Source of the DNA: Spirochaetia bacterium
GTDB lineage: Bacteria; Spirochaetota; Spirochaetia; CAKZLE01
Direction of reading: 5' to 3'
Assembly: GCA_963677595.1 (NCBI GenBank)
Contig: OY782041.1
Span: forward strand, 1,344,001-1,408,000
Length of the DNA: 64,000 bases
This document shows, piece by piece, positions 8,408-17,319 of this stretch; the first letter of the stretch is position 1; every line of letters begins with the position of its first letter. The translations under genes were made by a program, and so were the position numbers. The notes under the pieces are model-generated. The model did not search any database and was not told where the DNA came from. It saw only the letters and a program-made list of their open reading frames with translations.

Positions 8408-10330
8408 ATGAAACAGGAACATACCATCGAGCGCTGGAAAGTGAACGATTCAGACAGTCTCTACCGTATCAGTGACTGGGGGGCCGGTCTGTTCGGCATC
8501 TCACCGGACGGCTGCGTGACCGTCAACCCGAAGTTCAACGGCAGGCAGGCTGCCTCCATCAAGCTCATCGACGTGATCTCAGGCATCATCGACCGGGGGC
8601 TGGAGATGCCGGTCCTGCTGCGCATCGAGAACCTGCTCGATACCCAGATCACCCTGCTCAATGAGAGCTTCCGCAAGGCGATGAAGAACCTCAAGTACAA
8701 GGGGACCTTCCAGGGAGTCTACCCCATCAAGGTCAACCAGCAGCAGCAGGTCGTCGAAGAGGTAGCCAAGTTCGGCTCCCGCTACCACCACGGGCTCGAG
8801 GCCGGTTCCAAGGCTGAGCTCATCGCGGCCCTCTCGATCATCGAGGATATGGATTCCTGCCTCATCTGCAACGGCTACAAGGATGCCGAGTTCGTCGACC
8901 TCGGCCTCGATGCCGTCAGGATGGGCTATAAATGCTTCTTCGTCATCGAGATGCCGCAGGAGCTGGACCTGGTCCTCGAACGTTCGAAAGCCCTGGGCGT
9001 CGAGCCGCTGCTCGGCGTGCGGATCAAGCTCTCCGCGAAGGCGGGGGGTAATTGGAGCGAGTCCGGCGGGGACCGGAGCATCTTCGGGCTCTCGCCCACG
9101 CAGCTCATCGATGCGGTCGACACCCTGAAGGCAGCGGACATGCTCCATACCCTGAAGCTCCTCCACTACCACCAGGGGTCCCAGATCCCGAACATCCGGG
9201 ATATCAGGCACGCGGTGCTGGAGGCAGGCAGGTTCTATGCCGACCTGGTCGCCGAGGGTGCCCCCATGGGCTACCTCGACATCGGGGGCGGACTCGCCAT
9301 CGATTACGACGGGTCCCAGACCAACTACCAGTACAGCAAGAACTATCACCTCGACGAGTACACCGCAGACGTCGTGGAGGTGGTCATGGACGTCCTCGAC
9401 CGCCAGGAGATCCCGCACCCGACGATCATCACCGAGTCGGGACGTGCCACGGTCGCCTACTACTCGATCCTGCTCATGAACGTCCTCGATATCGCATACA
9501 CCAAGCCAAAACCCCTGGCAGGGGAGATACCTGCCGAGACTCCCGAGGTCATCCTCAACCTCCACGAGGTCCTCTCGACCATCAACCAGAAGAACGTGCA
9601 GGAGAGCCTCAACGATGCCCTCTACTACCGGGACGAGGTACGCCAGCAGTTCAAGGCTGACCAGCTCTCGCTGCGCCAGAGAGGCTATGCAGAGAACCTC
9701 TTCCAGCATGTCATCTACAAGATATCGACTGAGGCACAGAAGCGTAAGCGCATACCGCCGGGGCTCGAGCACCTGGACGACATCCTCGCGGACATCTACT
9801 ACACGAACCTCAGCGTCTTCCAGTCGCTGCCCGACGCCTGGGCGATCAACCAGGTCTTCCCGATCATCCCGATCCACCGCCTCGACGAACGTCCTGAGCG
9901 GAGGGGCATCCTGGCAGACATCACCTGCGACAGCGACGGGAAGATCGACCAGTTCATCGGGCGTTACGACCTCGAGAGGACCCTGCCGCTCCACGACATC
10001 CATGAGGGAGAGGAGTACTACCTCGGGGCTTTCTTAGTGGGGGCCTACCAGGAGACGCTCGGGGACCTCCACAACCTCTTCGGGGACACCAACGTGGTCA
10101 GTATCAGGATCCAGCCGGAGGGGACCTTCGACTTCATCCGGGAGATCGAGGGCGACACCATAGCCGATGTGCTCGAGTATGTGGAATACGACCCGAGGCA
10201 GGTGCTCGAACGGTTCCGCCAGAAGGCCGAGAAGGCTGTACGGGACGGCTACGTCTCCCCGAAAGAACGGAAGACGATCATCCAGCGATTCGAAGAGAGC
10301 CTCAGGGGCTACACCTATTACGAACGATAA
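8408..10330 (+). CDS. speA: Biosynthetic arginine decarboxylase
   Basis: YPIKVNQ (PLP Lys), GLEAGSKAEL, DIGGGL, ESGRA, ITCDSDG and GAYQETLGDLHNLFG motifs. Confidence 0.96.
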   Translation: MKQEHTIERWKVNDSDSLYRISDWGAGLFGISPDGCVTVNPKFNGRQAASIKLIDVISGIIDRGLEMPVLLRIENLLDTQITLLNESFRKAMKNLKYKGTFQGVYPIKVNQQQQVVEEVAKFGSRYHHGLEAGSKAELIAALSIIEDMDSCLICNGYKDAEFVDLGLDAVRMGYKCFFVIEMPQELDLVLERSKALGVEPLLGVRIKLSAKAGGNWSESGGDRSIFGLSPTQLIDAVDTLKAADMLHTLKLLHYHQGSQIPNIRDIRHAVLEAGRFYADLVAEGAPMGYLDIGGGLAIDYDGSQTNYQYSKNYHLDEYTADVVEVVMDVLDRQEIPHPTIITESGRATVAYYSILLMNVLDIAYTKPKPLAGEIPAETPEVILNLHEVLSTINQKNVQESLNDALYYRDEVRQQFKADQLSLRQRGYAENLFQHVIYKISTEAQKRKRIPPGLEHLDDILADIYYTNLSVFQSLPDAWAINQVFPIIPIHRLDERPERRGILADITCDSDGKIDQFIGRYDLERTLPLHDIHEGEEYYLGAFLVGAYQETLGDLHNLFGDTNVVSIRIQPEGTFDFIREIEGDTIADVLEYVEYDPRQVLERFRQKAEKAVRDGYVSPKERKTIIQRFEESLRGYTYYER

Positions 10331-10344
10331 GGAGGACTCAAGGT

Positions 10345-11520
10345 ATGGGAAGAGTCTTGATCATAGGAGCGGGCGGTGTCGGCCAGGTCGTGGTCCACAA
10401 ATGTGCCCAGCTCCCGGAAACATTCGAGTATATCGCGCTGGCAAGCAGGACGAAGTCGAAATGTGATGCGATCGCAGCACAGCTTGATCGACAGATCGAC
10501 ACCTTCGAGGTCGATGCCGACCATGTCGATGAACTGGTCGCGCTCATCGAGTCGGTCAACCCGGAGCTGGTGATCAACGTCGCACTGCCTTACCAGGACC
10601 TGACCATCATGGATGCCTGCCTGGCAACCGGCGTGAACTACCTCGACACGGCGAACTACGAGCCGAAGAATACCGCCCACTTCGAGTACTCCTGGCAGTG
10701 GGCCTACCAGGAGAGGTTCAGGGAGGCGGGCTTGACCGCGCTGCTCGGCAGCGGGTTCGACCCCGGCGTCACCAATGTCTTCACCGCCTACCTTGCCAAG
10801 CACGAGTTCGACGAGATCCGCAGCCTCAACATCATCGATGTCAACGGGGGTGACCACGGCCAGCACTTCGCGACCAACTTCAACCCCGAGATCAACATCA
10901 GGGAAGTGACCGCTCCCTGCAGGCACTGGGAGGACGGGGCATTCATCGAGACGGATGCCTTGAGCACCTCGCAGTCCTTCACCTGCCCGGAGGAGGTCGG
11001 CACCTACTCGATCTACCGGATGTACCATGAGGAACTCGAGTCACTGGTGAAGCACTTCCCGACACTGAAGGAAGCGAAGTTCTGGATGAGTTTCTCCCAG
11101 AACTACCTCACCCATCTCTCGGTCCTCGAGCATGTCGGCATGACGAGGATCGACCCCGTCATGTACCAGGGCCATGAGATCATCCCCCTGCAGTTCCTCA
11201 AGGCCGTGCTTCCTGAACCTTCGTCGCTCGGACCCACCACCCATGGGAGGACCTGTATCGGCTGCCGGGTCGAGGGAGTGAAGGACGGGAAGAAGATCTC
11301 GAAGTACATCTACAATATCTGCGACCATGAGGAGGCCTACCGTGAGGTCGGATCCCAGGCAGTAAGCTATACCACCGGGGTACCGGCAATGATCGGCGCG
11401 AAGATGCTGCTTGAGAAGAAGTGGACCGGGGCAGGTGTCTTCAACATGGAGCAGTTCGATCCCGACCCATTCATGGAAGACCTCAATGCATACGGGCTTC
11501 CCTGGAAGATCATCGACTAG
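10345..11520 (+). CDS. Carboxy(nor)spermidine dehydrogenase (saccharopine dehydrogenase family)
   Basis: GAGGVG, NVALPYQDL, YLDTANYE, GFDPG, FATNFNPEINIRE and HEELESL motifs; lies between speA and nspC. Confidence 0.92.
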   Translation: MGRVLIIGAGGVGQVVVHKCAQLPETFEYIALASRTKSKCDAIAAQLDRQIDTFEVDADHVDELVALIESVNPELVINVALPYQDLTIMDACLATGVNYLDTANYEPKNTAHFEYSWQWAYQERFREAGLTALLGSGFDPGVTNVFTAYLAKHEFDEIRSLNIIDVNGGDHGQHFATNFNPEINIREVTAPCRHWEDGAFIETDALSTSQSFTCPEEVGTYSIYRMYHEELESLVKHFPTLKEAKFWMSFSQNYLTHLSVLEHVGMTRIDPVMYQGHEIIPLQFLKAVLPEPSSLGPTTHGRTCIGCRVEGVKDGKKISKYIYNICDHEEAYREVGSQAVSYTTGVPAMIGAKMLLEKKWTGAGVFNMEQFDPDPFMEDLNAYGLPWKIID

Positions 11521-11531
11521 GAGGAAAGCGC

Positions 11532-12665
11532 ATGAGCTTCTTCGACCCCTCGAAGGTACCGAGTCCCTCGTACGTCGTCGACCTGCAGCTGCTGGAGCGG
11601 AACCTCGGGATCCTCGAGCAGGTGAAGGTACGCAGCGGGGCCCATGTCCTGCTCGCGCTGAAGGCCTTCAGCATGTTCAGCGTCTTCCCGCAGATCGCCG
11701 CCCGGCTTGACGGGATCTGCGCAAGCTCCCCCGACGAGGCACGCCTCGGCAGGGAGGAGTTCGGGAAGGAGGTCCACAGCTACTGCCCGGCCTATACGGA
11801 AGCCTCGTTACAGGAATTCCTCACGCACAGCGACCACCTTGTCTTCAATAACCAGCGGCAGCTGCAGCGGCTGCTGCCGTTCATCCCTGAGCATGTGAGC
11901 ATCGGGCTGCGGCTCAACCCGCAGCAGCAGGAAGCGGAAGTCGAGATCTACGACCCCTCAGCTCCCTGCTCCCGGCTCGGGACCATCCGCGACGAGTTCG
12001 ACCCCGACCTCCTTGAGCGGATCGACGGCTTCCATGTCCACAACCTCTGTGAACAGGACTCGGACTCCCTCGTCAGGACCTGGGAGGCGATAGAGCGTAA
12101 GTTCGGTCCCTGGTTACCGCAGATGAAGTGGATCAACCTCGGGGGCGGCCACCATATCACGAGGGCCGATTACCATGTCGAGCCCCTCATCGAGCTGGTA
12201 CAGCGTATCAGGGAGGACTACGATGTCGAGGTCTATCTCGAACCGGGAGAGGCAGTCGCCCTGAATACCGGCTACTTCGTCTCGACGGTCATCGACACGC
12301 TGCACAACCATATGGACCTGGCGATCCTGGACTCATCGGCCTCCTGCCACCTCCCTGACGTCCTCGAGATGCCCTACCGGCCTGGTATCATCGGGGCCGG
12401 GAAGCCTGGGGACTACCCGCACACCTACCGGCTCGGGGGACTCTCCTGCCTGGCAGGGGACGTGATCGGGGACTACAGCTTCCCGGAACCGCTGCAGCTC
12501 GGACAGCGCCTCGTCTTCACCGACATGGCGCACTACACCATGGTGAAGACCAACACCTTCAACGGGGTGCGGCTCCCGTCGATCTGTACCTTCGATCCTA
12601 AGAAAGATCAGTATGAGGTCATACGGACCTTTGGCTACGAAGATTTCAAGGGGAGGCTCTCATGA
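11532..12665 (+). CDS. nspC: Carboxy(nor)spermidine decarboxylase
   Basis: LALKAF, YDPSAPCSRLG, NLGGGHH, EPGEA, PDVLEMPYRP, CLAGD and YTMVKTNTFNG motifs; GAGG RBS before ATG 11532. Confidence 0.93.
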   Translation: MSFFDPSKVPSPSYVVDLQLLERNLGILEQVKVRSGAHVLLALKAFSMFSVFPQIAARLDGICASSPDEARLGREEFGKEVHSYCPAYTEASLQEFLTHSDHLVFNNQRQLQRLLPFIPEHVSIGLRLNPQQQEAEVEIYDPSAPCSRLGTIRDEFDPDLLERIDGFHVHNLCEQDSDSLVRTWEAIERKFGPWLPQMKWINLGGGHHITRADYHVEPLIELVQRIREDYDVEVYLEPGEAVALNTGYFVSTVIDTLHNHMDLAILDSSASCHLPDVLEMPYRPGIIGAGKPGDYPHTYRLGGLSCLAGDVIGDYSFPEPLQLGQRLVFTDMAHYTMVKTNTFNGVRLPSICTFDPKKDQYEVIRTFGYEDFKGRLS

Positions 12666-13540
12666 ACTGGTTCCTCTCATCAGAGATAGAGAACGGGATC
12701 CCGGAAGATTCCCTCTTCCACATCATCCCCGTACCGTTCGAGGAGAGCGTCTCCTACGGCACCGGGACTGCCCGCGGCCCCCAGGCGATCATAGACGCCT
12801 CCTCCCAGCTCGAACTCTCCCAGCGTAGCATCGATCCCGCCGGACGCGGGATCCATACCCTTGACCCAGTGGTCAAGCGGCATGAGGAGTCCATCCCCGA
12901 GTACCTCAAGCGGCTCGAGGGGGTCCATCATCGGATACTTACCCAGGGAAACATCCCCATCCAGGTAGGCGGGGAGCATACGGTAACCTTCGCCGCAGTC
13001 GAGGCCTGCAGCAGGGTCTTCGGGGAGATCGGGGTCATCCAGTTCGATGCCCATGCTGACCTGCGGAAAGTGTATGAGGGGAGCCGGTTCTCCCATGCCT
13101 GCGTCATGCGGCGCATCTGCGACGAACTCCGCCTCCCGATCCTGGAGGTCGGGATCCGGGCCTATTCAGTAGAGGAGTCCCGGTTCATCGACGAGCATAA
13201 CATCCCGGTCATCACCGGCAGCGAGGCCGATGCCCAGGGACTGCGTGAGCTCATCCTTCCCGACGACTTCCCCGAACATGTCTTCATCACCTTCGATGTC
13301 GACGGGCTTGACCCGTCGATCATGCCCGCGACAGGGACCCCGGTCCCGGGTGGGCTCCAATGGTACCAGACGTTGGACATGATCGAGTCGGTCGCCCAGC
13401 AGCGGAGGATCGTGAGCTTCGATATCGTAGAGCTCGCACCGATCCACGGGCTACACCACTGCGATTTCACTGCTGCCCAGCTCATGTACCACATCATGTC
13501 GCTCATCACGCTCCAGCAGAGACCCAGGACAAACGCATGA
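12662..13540 (+). CDS. speB: Agmatinase / ureohydrolase
   Basis: GGEHT, DAHAD, SHAC, DVDGLDP and TGTP motifs; the last four codons and the stop come from the IS left end. Confidence 0.9.
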   Translation: MNWFLSSEIENGIPEDSLFHIIPVPFEESVSYGTGTARGPQAIIDASSQLELSQRSIDPAGRGIHTLDPVVKRHEESIPEYLKRLEGVHHRILTQGNIPIQVGGEHTVTFAAVEACSRVFGEIGVIQFDAHADLRKVYEGSRFSHACVMRRICDELRLPILEVGIRAYSVEESRFIDEHNIPVITGSEADAQGLRELILPDDFPEHVFITFDVDGLDPSIMPATGTPVPGGLQWYQTLDMIESVAQQRRIVSFDIVELAPIHGLHHCDFTAAQLMYHIMSLITLQQRPRTNA

Positions 13541-13636
13541 AACAAAACTAATTGATTAACAGCAAAGAACTAACCATCGGAAAAACTGAAGAAAATGAGA
13601 AATTTTCTGGTAATTCTGATGGTTTTCTTGTATAAT

Positions 13637-13657
13637 GTATTACATAGTATGTAATAC
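13637..13657. promoter_or_regulatory. Perfect palindrome overlapping the IS promoter start
   Basis: GTATTACATA-G-TATGTAATAC immediately after TATAAT (13631-13636) and before the GGAGG RBS. Confidence 0.6.
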
Positions 13658-13669
13658 TTCGGAGGTTGT

Positions 13670-14287
13670 ATGCCCTATCCACCGTGGGTCATGAAACATA
13701 AACAGAAAGGCATGTATGTCAACAAGGTCAATGATTCAACCTATCGTATCTATCGCGGTCATTCAGAACGGGTGAAAGGCACCAAGAAAGTCAAACGTAT
13801 CGTTGATGAATACATCGGTACCATCACCGAGAAAGATGGTCTGATCCCCACAAAACCCAAGATCAAGGGCGAGGTGCGTACCCTTCGTAGTGGAGGATAT
13901 GCGATCCTCTGGCGATTCTGTCGAGCCAACCTGCAGCGCATACCTCAGCTCATGGGAGATGATGCGGGTGCTGCCGTACTTGCTTCTGCGATACTTCAGG
14001 TGATCTATGGGGAGGCTTCTTCTTTTCTGTATAGCTGTGATTGGGTGAGTATGGCCTATCCTGATGTCACCTTCCCCCTGACACCTCTGCTGGAGGCAGA
14101 AGCGAGGCGAGTGGCAACGGCCTTGCGATCCACACTCACGGCGGTTTTCGGGGAACAGGCTTCACTGGTGATGCATGCTGCTGCCTTCATCACCAGGGTC
14201 TGGGTAAATGGGCAATGGGTCAATGCCGTCGTGCCGCAAGCATGTAGGGAGCTGGCAAAGACCTATGATTTTCGTTGGGAGGTGTAA
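13670..14287 (+). CDS. IS accessory protein (N-terminus resembles the N-terminal domain of IS1634/IS4-like transposases)
   Basis: GGAGG RBS; basic N-terminus YPPWVMKHKQKG...EYIGTITEKDGLIP; lies inside the IS IRs, with its stop 1 nt before the transposase ATG. Confidence 0.7.
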   Translation: MPYPPWVMKHKQKGMYVNKVNDSTYRIYRGHSERVKGTKKVKRIVDEYIGTITEKDGLIPTKPKIKGEVRTLRSGGYAILWRFCRANLQRIPQLMGDDAGAAVLASAILQVIYGEASSFLYSCDWVSMAYPDVTFPLTPLLEAEARRVATALRSTLTAVFGEQASLVMHAAAFITRVWVNGQWVNAVVPQACRELAKTYDFRWEV

Positions 14288-14288
14288 C

Positions 14289-15623
14289 ATGGCACAAGAG
14301 ACTACAAGAGGAATGGATCTCTTCATGGAGATACAGGATGCGATGGGGACGATCGGCCCTTGGCAGGCTGAGCGGAAGGCTACTCGCAAGGTCATCAAGC
14401 GATTAGTGAGTATCCTTGATACGAACGTTGATGATCCGAGGATGCAAGGGAAGGTCGCCTATCCTCTTTCGGAGATCATCGTATTGTCATTCTTCGCTGT
14501 CTTGGGGGGCGCAGTCACCTTTCAGGACATGGAAGCCATGTGCACATACAAAGAGAAGTATTTTCGTCAGTTCCTTCCCCTGAAGTCAGGGATTCCGTCA
14601 CATGATACCTTCTGCAGGGTCTTCTCCCTCATCGATATGGGACAACTCAATGATGCCTTGGTGCTGTTCGTCATGCAGGCCATGGAAGACCTGCGAAAGG
14701 CTTTGAAGATACCGGAACCTCTGCTGAAGCAGATATGTGTGGATGGGAAGGAGGCTCGAGGATCTGGTCGGATGACGAATGCAGAAGGAACAACGATCCG
14801 GAATATTCAGACGTTGCATGTCTACTCCTCCTATAACGGAATCTGTCTGAAGTCGGTGCAGATAGATCAGAAATCCAATGAGATCCCCAAAGCACAGGAG
14901 GTCTTGTCCACGATGGACTTACGAGGGACTCTGGTCTCATTCGATGCCTTGAATACGCAGAAAGGGACGATCGATGTCATCATCGAAGGGAAAGGGCACT
15001 ATCTTGGTGGATTGAAAGGGAATCAGAAGACACTCCTGGAGGAGAGCGCTGCCTATTTCACCCCTGAATACCTCCAACAGGCGGAGAATGATCCTGATAG
15101 ATATTACCGGACGATGGAGAAAGCTCATGGGCAGATGGAAGAGTGCGTCTATACGGTAGCAAACGTGAAAGCGAAAGATCGCTGTTTCTTCTCTGACTGG
15201 GCAGGGATCAAAGCGGTGATACGGTTTGATAAGCGTACCGAAAAGATCAATACCGGGAAGAAGACTCAGGAGACTCGGTATTACATCACCAGTCTCGATG
15301 GCGATGCTCAGATCTGCGGAAAAGCGATCCGGGAACATTGGCAGGTCGAGAATTCCCTGCATGGGTTCCTGGATGTGATGTTCTATGATGATGAGAATAC
15401 TACGGTCAATCGTACGGCTAGCGGCAATCTGTCGCTGGTAAAGAAGATGACCCTTTCTCTGTATAAGATGATGAAGCCCCTTGAGAATTCGAAGACGCTC
15501 AGTCAGATCAAGAGAGGCTTCCATTGGGCCTATGAGGACGTTCTTGAGAGGATGTTGAGTATGTGTGATAACCGGACTATTCGCACCGCATTAGATGAGT
15601 CCTTGCAGAAACAGAAGAAATAA
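14289..15623 (+). CDS. ISAs1-family DDE transposase
   Basis: DPR..GKV.YPL, GIPSHDTF, VDGK, KSNEI, FDALNTQ, LKGNQ and HWQVENSLH motifs. Confidence 0.95.
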   Translation: MAQETTRGMDLFMEIQDAMGTIGPWQAERKATRKVIKRLVSILDTNVDDPRMQGKVAYPLSEIIVLSFFAVLGGAVTFQDMEAMCTYKEKYFRQFLPLKSGIPSHDTFCRVFSLIDMGQLNDALVLFVMQAMEDLRKALKIPEPLLKQICVDGKEARGSGRMTNAEGTTIRNIQTLHVYSSYNGICLKSVQIDQKSNEIPKAQEVLSTMDLRGTLVSFDALNTQKGTIDVIIEGKGHYLGGLKGNQKTLLEESAAYFTPEYLQQAENDPDRYYRTMEKAHGQMEECVYTVANVKAKDRCFFSDWAGIKAVIRFDKRTEKINTGKKTQETRYYITSLDGDAQICGKAIREHWQVENSLHGFLDVMFYDDENTTVNRTASGNLSLVKKMTLSLYKMMKPLENSKTLSQIKRGFHWAYEDVLERMLSMCDNRTIRTALDESLQKQKK

Positions 15624-15887
15624 GAGTTCTCATAAGAAATTCACAGCCCCTTCCTCAATCTCCCCTCCCGATAGGTACTGCTTCAGGCATCGGGAGGGGG
15701 CTCTTTGTCAGAGGATGATCATTTTCCTGATTTGAACCATTCATTCCCTGCGATTATTCAGATTCGTGATCCTGCCCTCAGAGTGTACGCGATTTCATGC
15801 GTTTGTCCTGGCAGAGACCATAATTTTCTTCCACTGCACCAGATAAGCTGGTACACTTATACAAACAGTATATGAGTGAGGTGCCTG

Positions 15888-17252
15888 ATGAGTGCTGCTG
15901 AAGGGAAAGTCCCAAGACGGGAGAAGTTCGCTTACGGGATCGGATGTCTCGGCCAGAACATGATCTACACGTTCTTCGGCAACTTCCTGCTCTATTTCTA
16001 CACCGAGATCTTCGGGCTGCTGCCCGCGGCAGCAGGGCTCCTGCTCCTGATAGCCAGGATCTGGGACGCGGTGAATGACCCCATGATGGGAGTCATCGTG
16101 GACCGTACCCGCTCCCGGTGGGGCAAGTTCCGCCCCTACCTCCTCTTCTCCCCGATCTTCTTCGCCGTCATCGCTGTCCTCTGCTTTGCCGTCCCACCCT
16201 TCGATGCGGCCGGGAAGCTCGTCTATGCCTACATCACCTATATCCTCTTCGGCATGATCTACACCGCTTCCGATGTCCCCTACTGGGCCATGTCGGGAGC
16301 GATCACGGTGGATGCCGGTGAACGCAACTCCATCGTCATGATCCCGAGGTTCGTCGGGACCGTCGGGGCGGCGGCAGCCACGATCGGCACCCTGCCGCTG
16401 ATCTACCTCTTCCGTGACATGCGGGGCGGGAACATCGCCGCCGGCTACCGGTTCACCGCGGCCTTCTACGGCATCATCACCGTCGGGTGCTTCCTCATCA
16501 CCTTCCTCAAGGTCAGGGAGCGGGTCACCACGACGAACAGGGAGAAAGCATCGGCGAAGACCATCTTCCAGGCGATCTTCCAGAACAAGCCCCTGCTGAT
16601 CGTCATCCTCTCCGGGTTCTTCTCCGGGATGGCCCAGACGGCGAAGCTCCAGGCACTCATCTATTATGCAGCCTATAACCTCAACAACGAGGGGCTCTAT
16701 ACGCTCTTGGTCGGGATCAACATCCCCTTCCTCTTAGTCGGGATCCTGCTCGTCCCCTTCTTCACGAAGCGGCTTGGCAAGAAGGGCACCTACATCGCGT
16801 CGAACATCGTGTACGCGGTCTCTTCCATAGGCTTCTTCTTCTCCGGCTGGGACAACTTCGCCCTCATCGTCATCTGGAACTGCCTCGGCTCCTTCGCCAT
16901 GGGGATCCCGCTCGTGATCCAGACCTCGATGATCGCAGACACCATTGAGTATGCTGAGCTGAGGACCGGCGATCGCTCAGAGGGGACCATCTTCTCCACC
17001 CAGACCTTCCTTGCCAAGCTCACTGCGGCAGCCACGTCCGGGACCATCGGCGTCCTGCTCGCTATCCTCGGATTCACCTCCGGGGAGACCCAGAGCCAGT
17101 CGGTCCTCCAGGGGATCCACGGGCTCACCTCCCTCCTGCCCTTCTTCGCGAGCATCCTCGCCTTCATCAGCATGATCTTCTACCCACTCACCGAGAAGGA
17201 GCATGCGAAGATCGTCGAGGAGCTCGAGAAGCGCAACATGATCAAGGACTGA
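15888..17252 (+). CDS. Glycoside-pentoside-hexuronide (GPH) cation symporter, MFS
   Basis: ARIWDAVNDP, DRTRSRWGKFRPY and ADTIEY...EG motifs; about 12 TM segments. Confidence 0.9.
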   Translation: MSAAEGKVPRREKFAYGIGCLGQNMIYTFFGNFLLYFYTEIFGLLPAAAGLLLLIARIWDAVNDPMMGVIVDRTRSRWGKFRPYLLFSPIFFAVIAVLCFAVPPFDAAGKLVYAYITYILFGMIYTASDVPYWAMSGAITVDAGERNSIVMIPRFVGTVGAAAATIGTLPLIYLFRDMRGGNIAAGYRFTAAFYGIITVGCFLITFLKVRERVTTTNREKASAKTIFQAIFQNKPLLIVILSGFFSGMAQTAKLQALIYYAAYNLNNEGLYTLLVGINIPFLLVGILLVPFFTKRLGKKGTYIASNIVYAVSSIGFFFSGWDNFALIVIWNCLGSFAMGIPLVIQTSMIADTIEYAELRTGDRSEGTIFSTQTFLAKLTAAATSGTIGVLLAILGFTSGETQSQSVLQGIHGLTSLLPFFASILAFISMIFYPLTEKEHAKIVEELEKRNMIKD

Positions 17253-17319
17253 GGGTCTTATAGCAGATCGGGCTGTCTCCCTGCTTGAGTCAGCTGCAGT
17301 TTCCCACTACAATAGCGCC

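Larger units (their letters stand above)
13525..15810 (+). mobile_element. Complete ISAs1-family insertion sequence, 2286 bp, two ORFs
   Basis: Perfect 18-bp terminal IRs CAGGACAAACGCATGAAA (13525-13542 / 15793-15810) and a 9-bp target duplication GCAGAGACC (13516-13524 / 15811-15819). Confidence 0.93.

Noticed and set aside
8579-10003. 474-aa antisense ORF within speA (similarly 34371-35546, 41946-42710, 10318-11028 and many others)
   Set aside because: Shadow ORFs produced by strong GC3 codon bias on the coding strand; no recognisable motifs.
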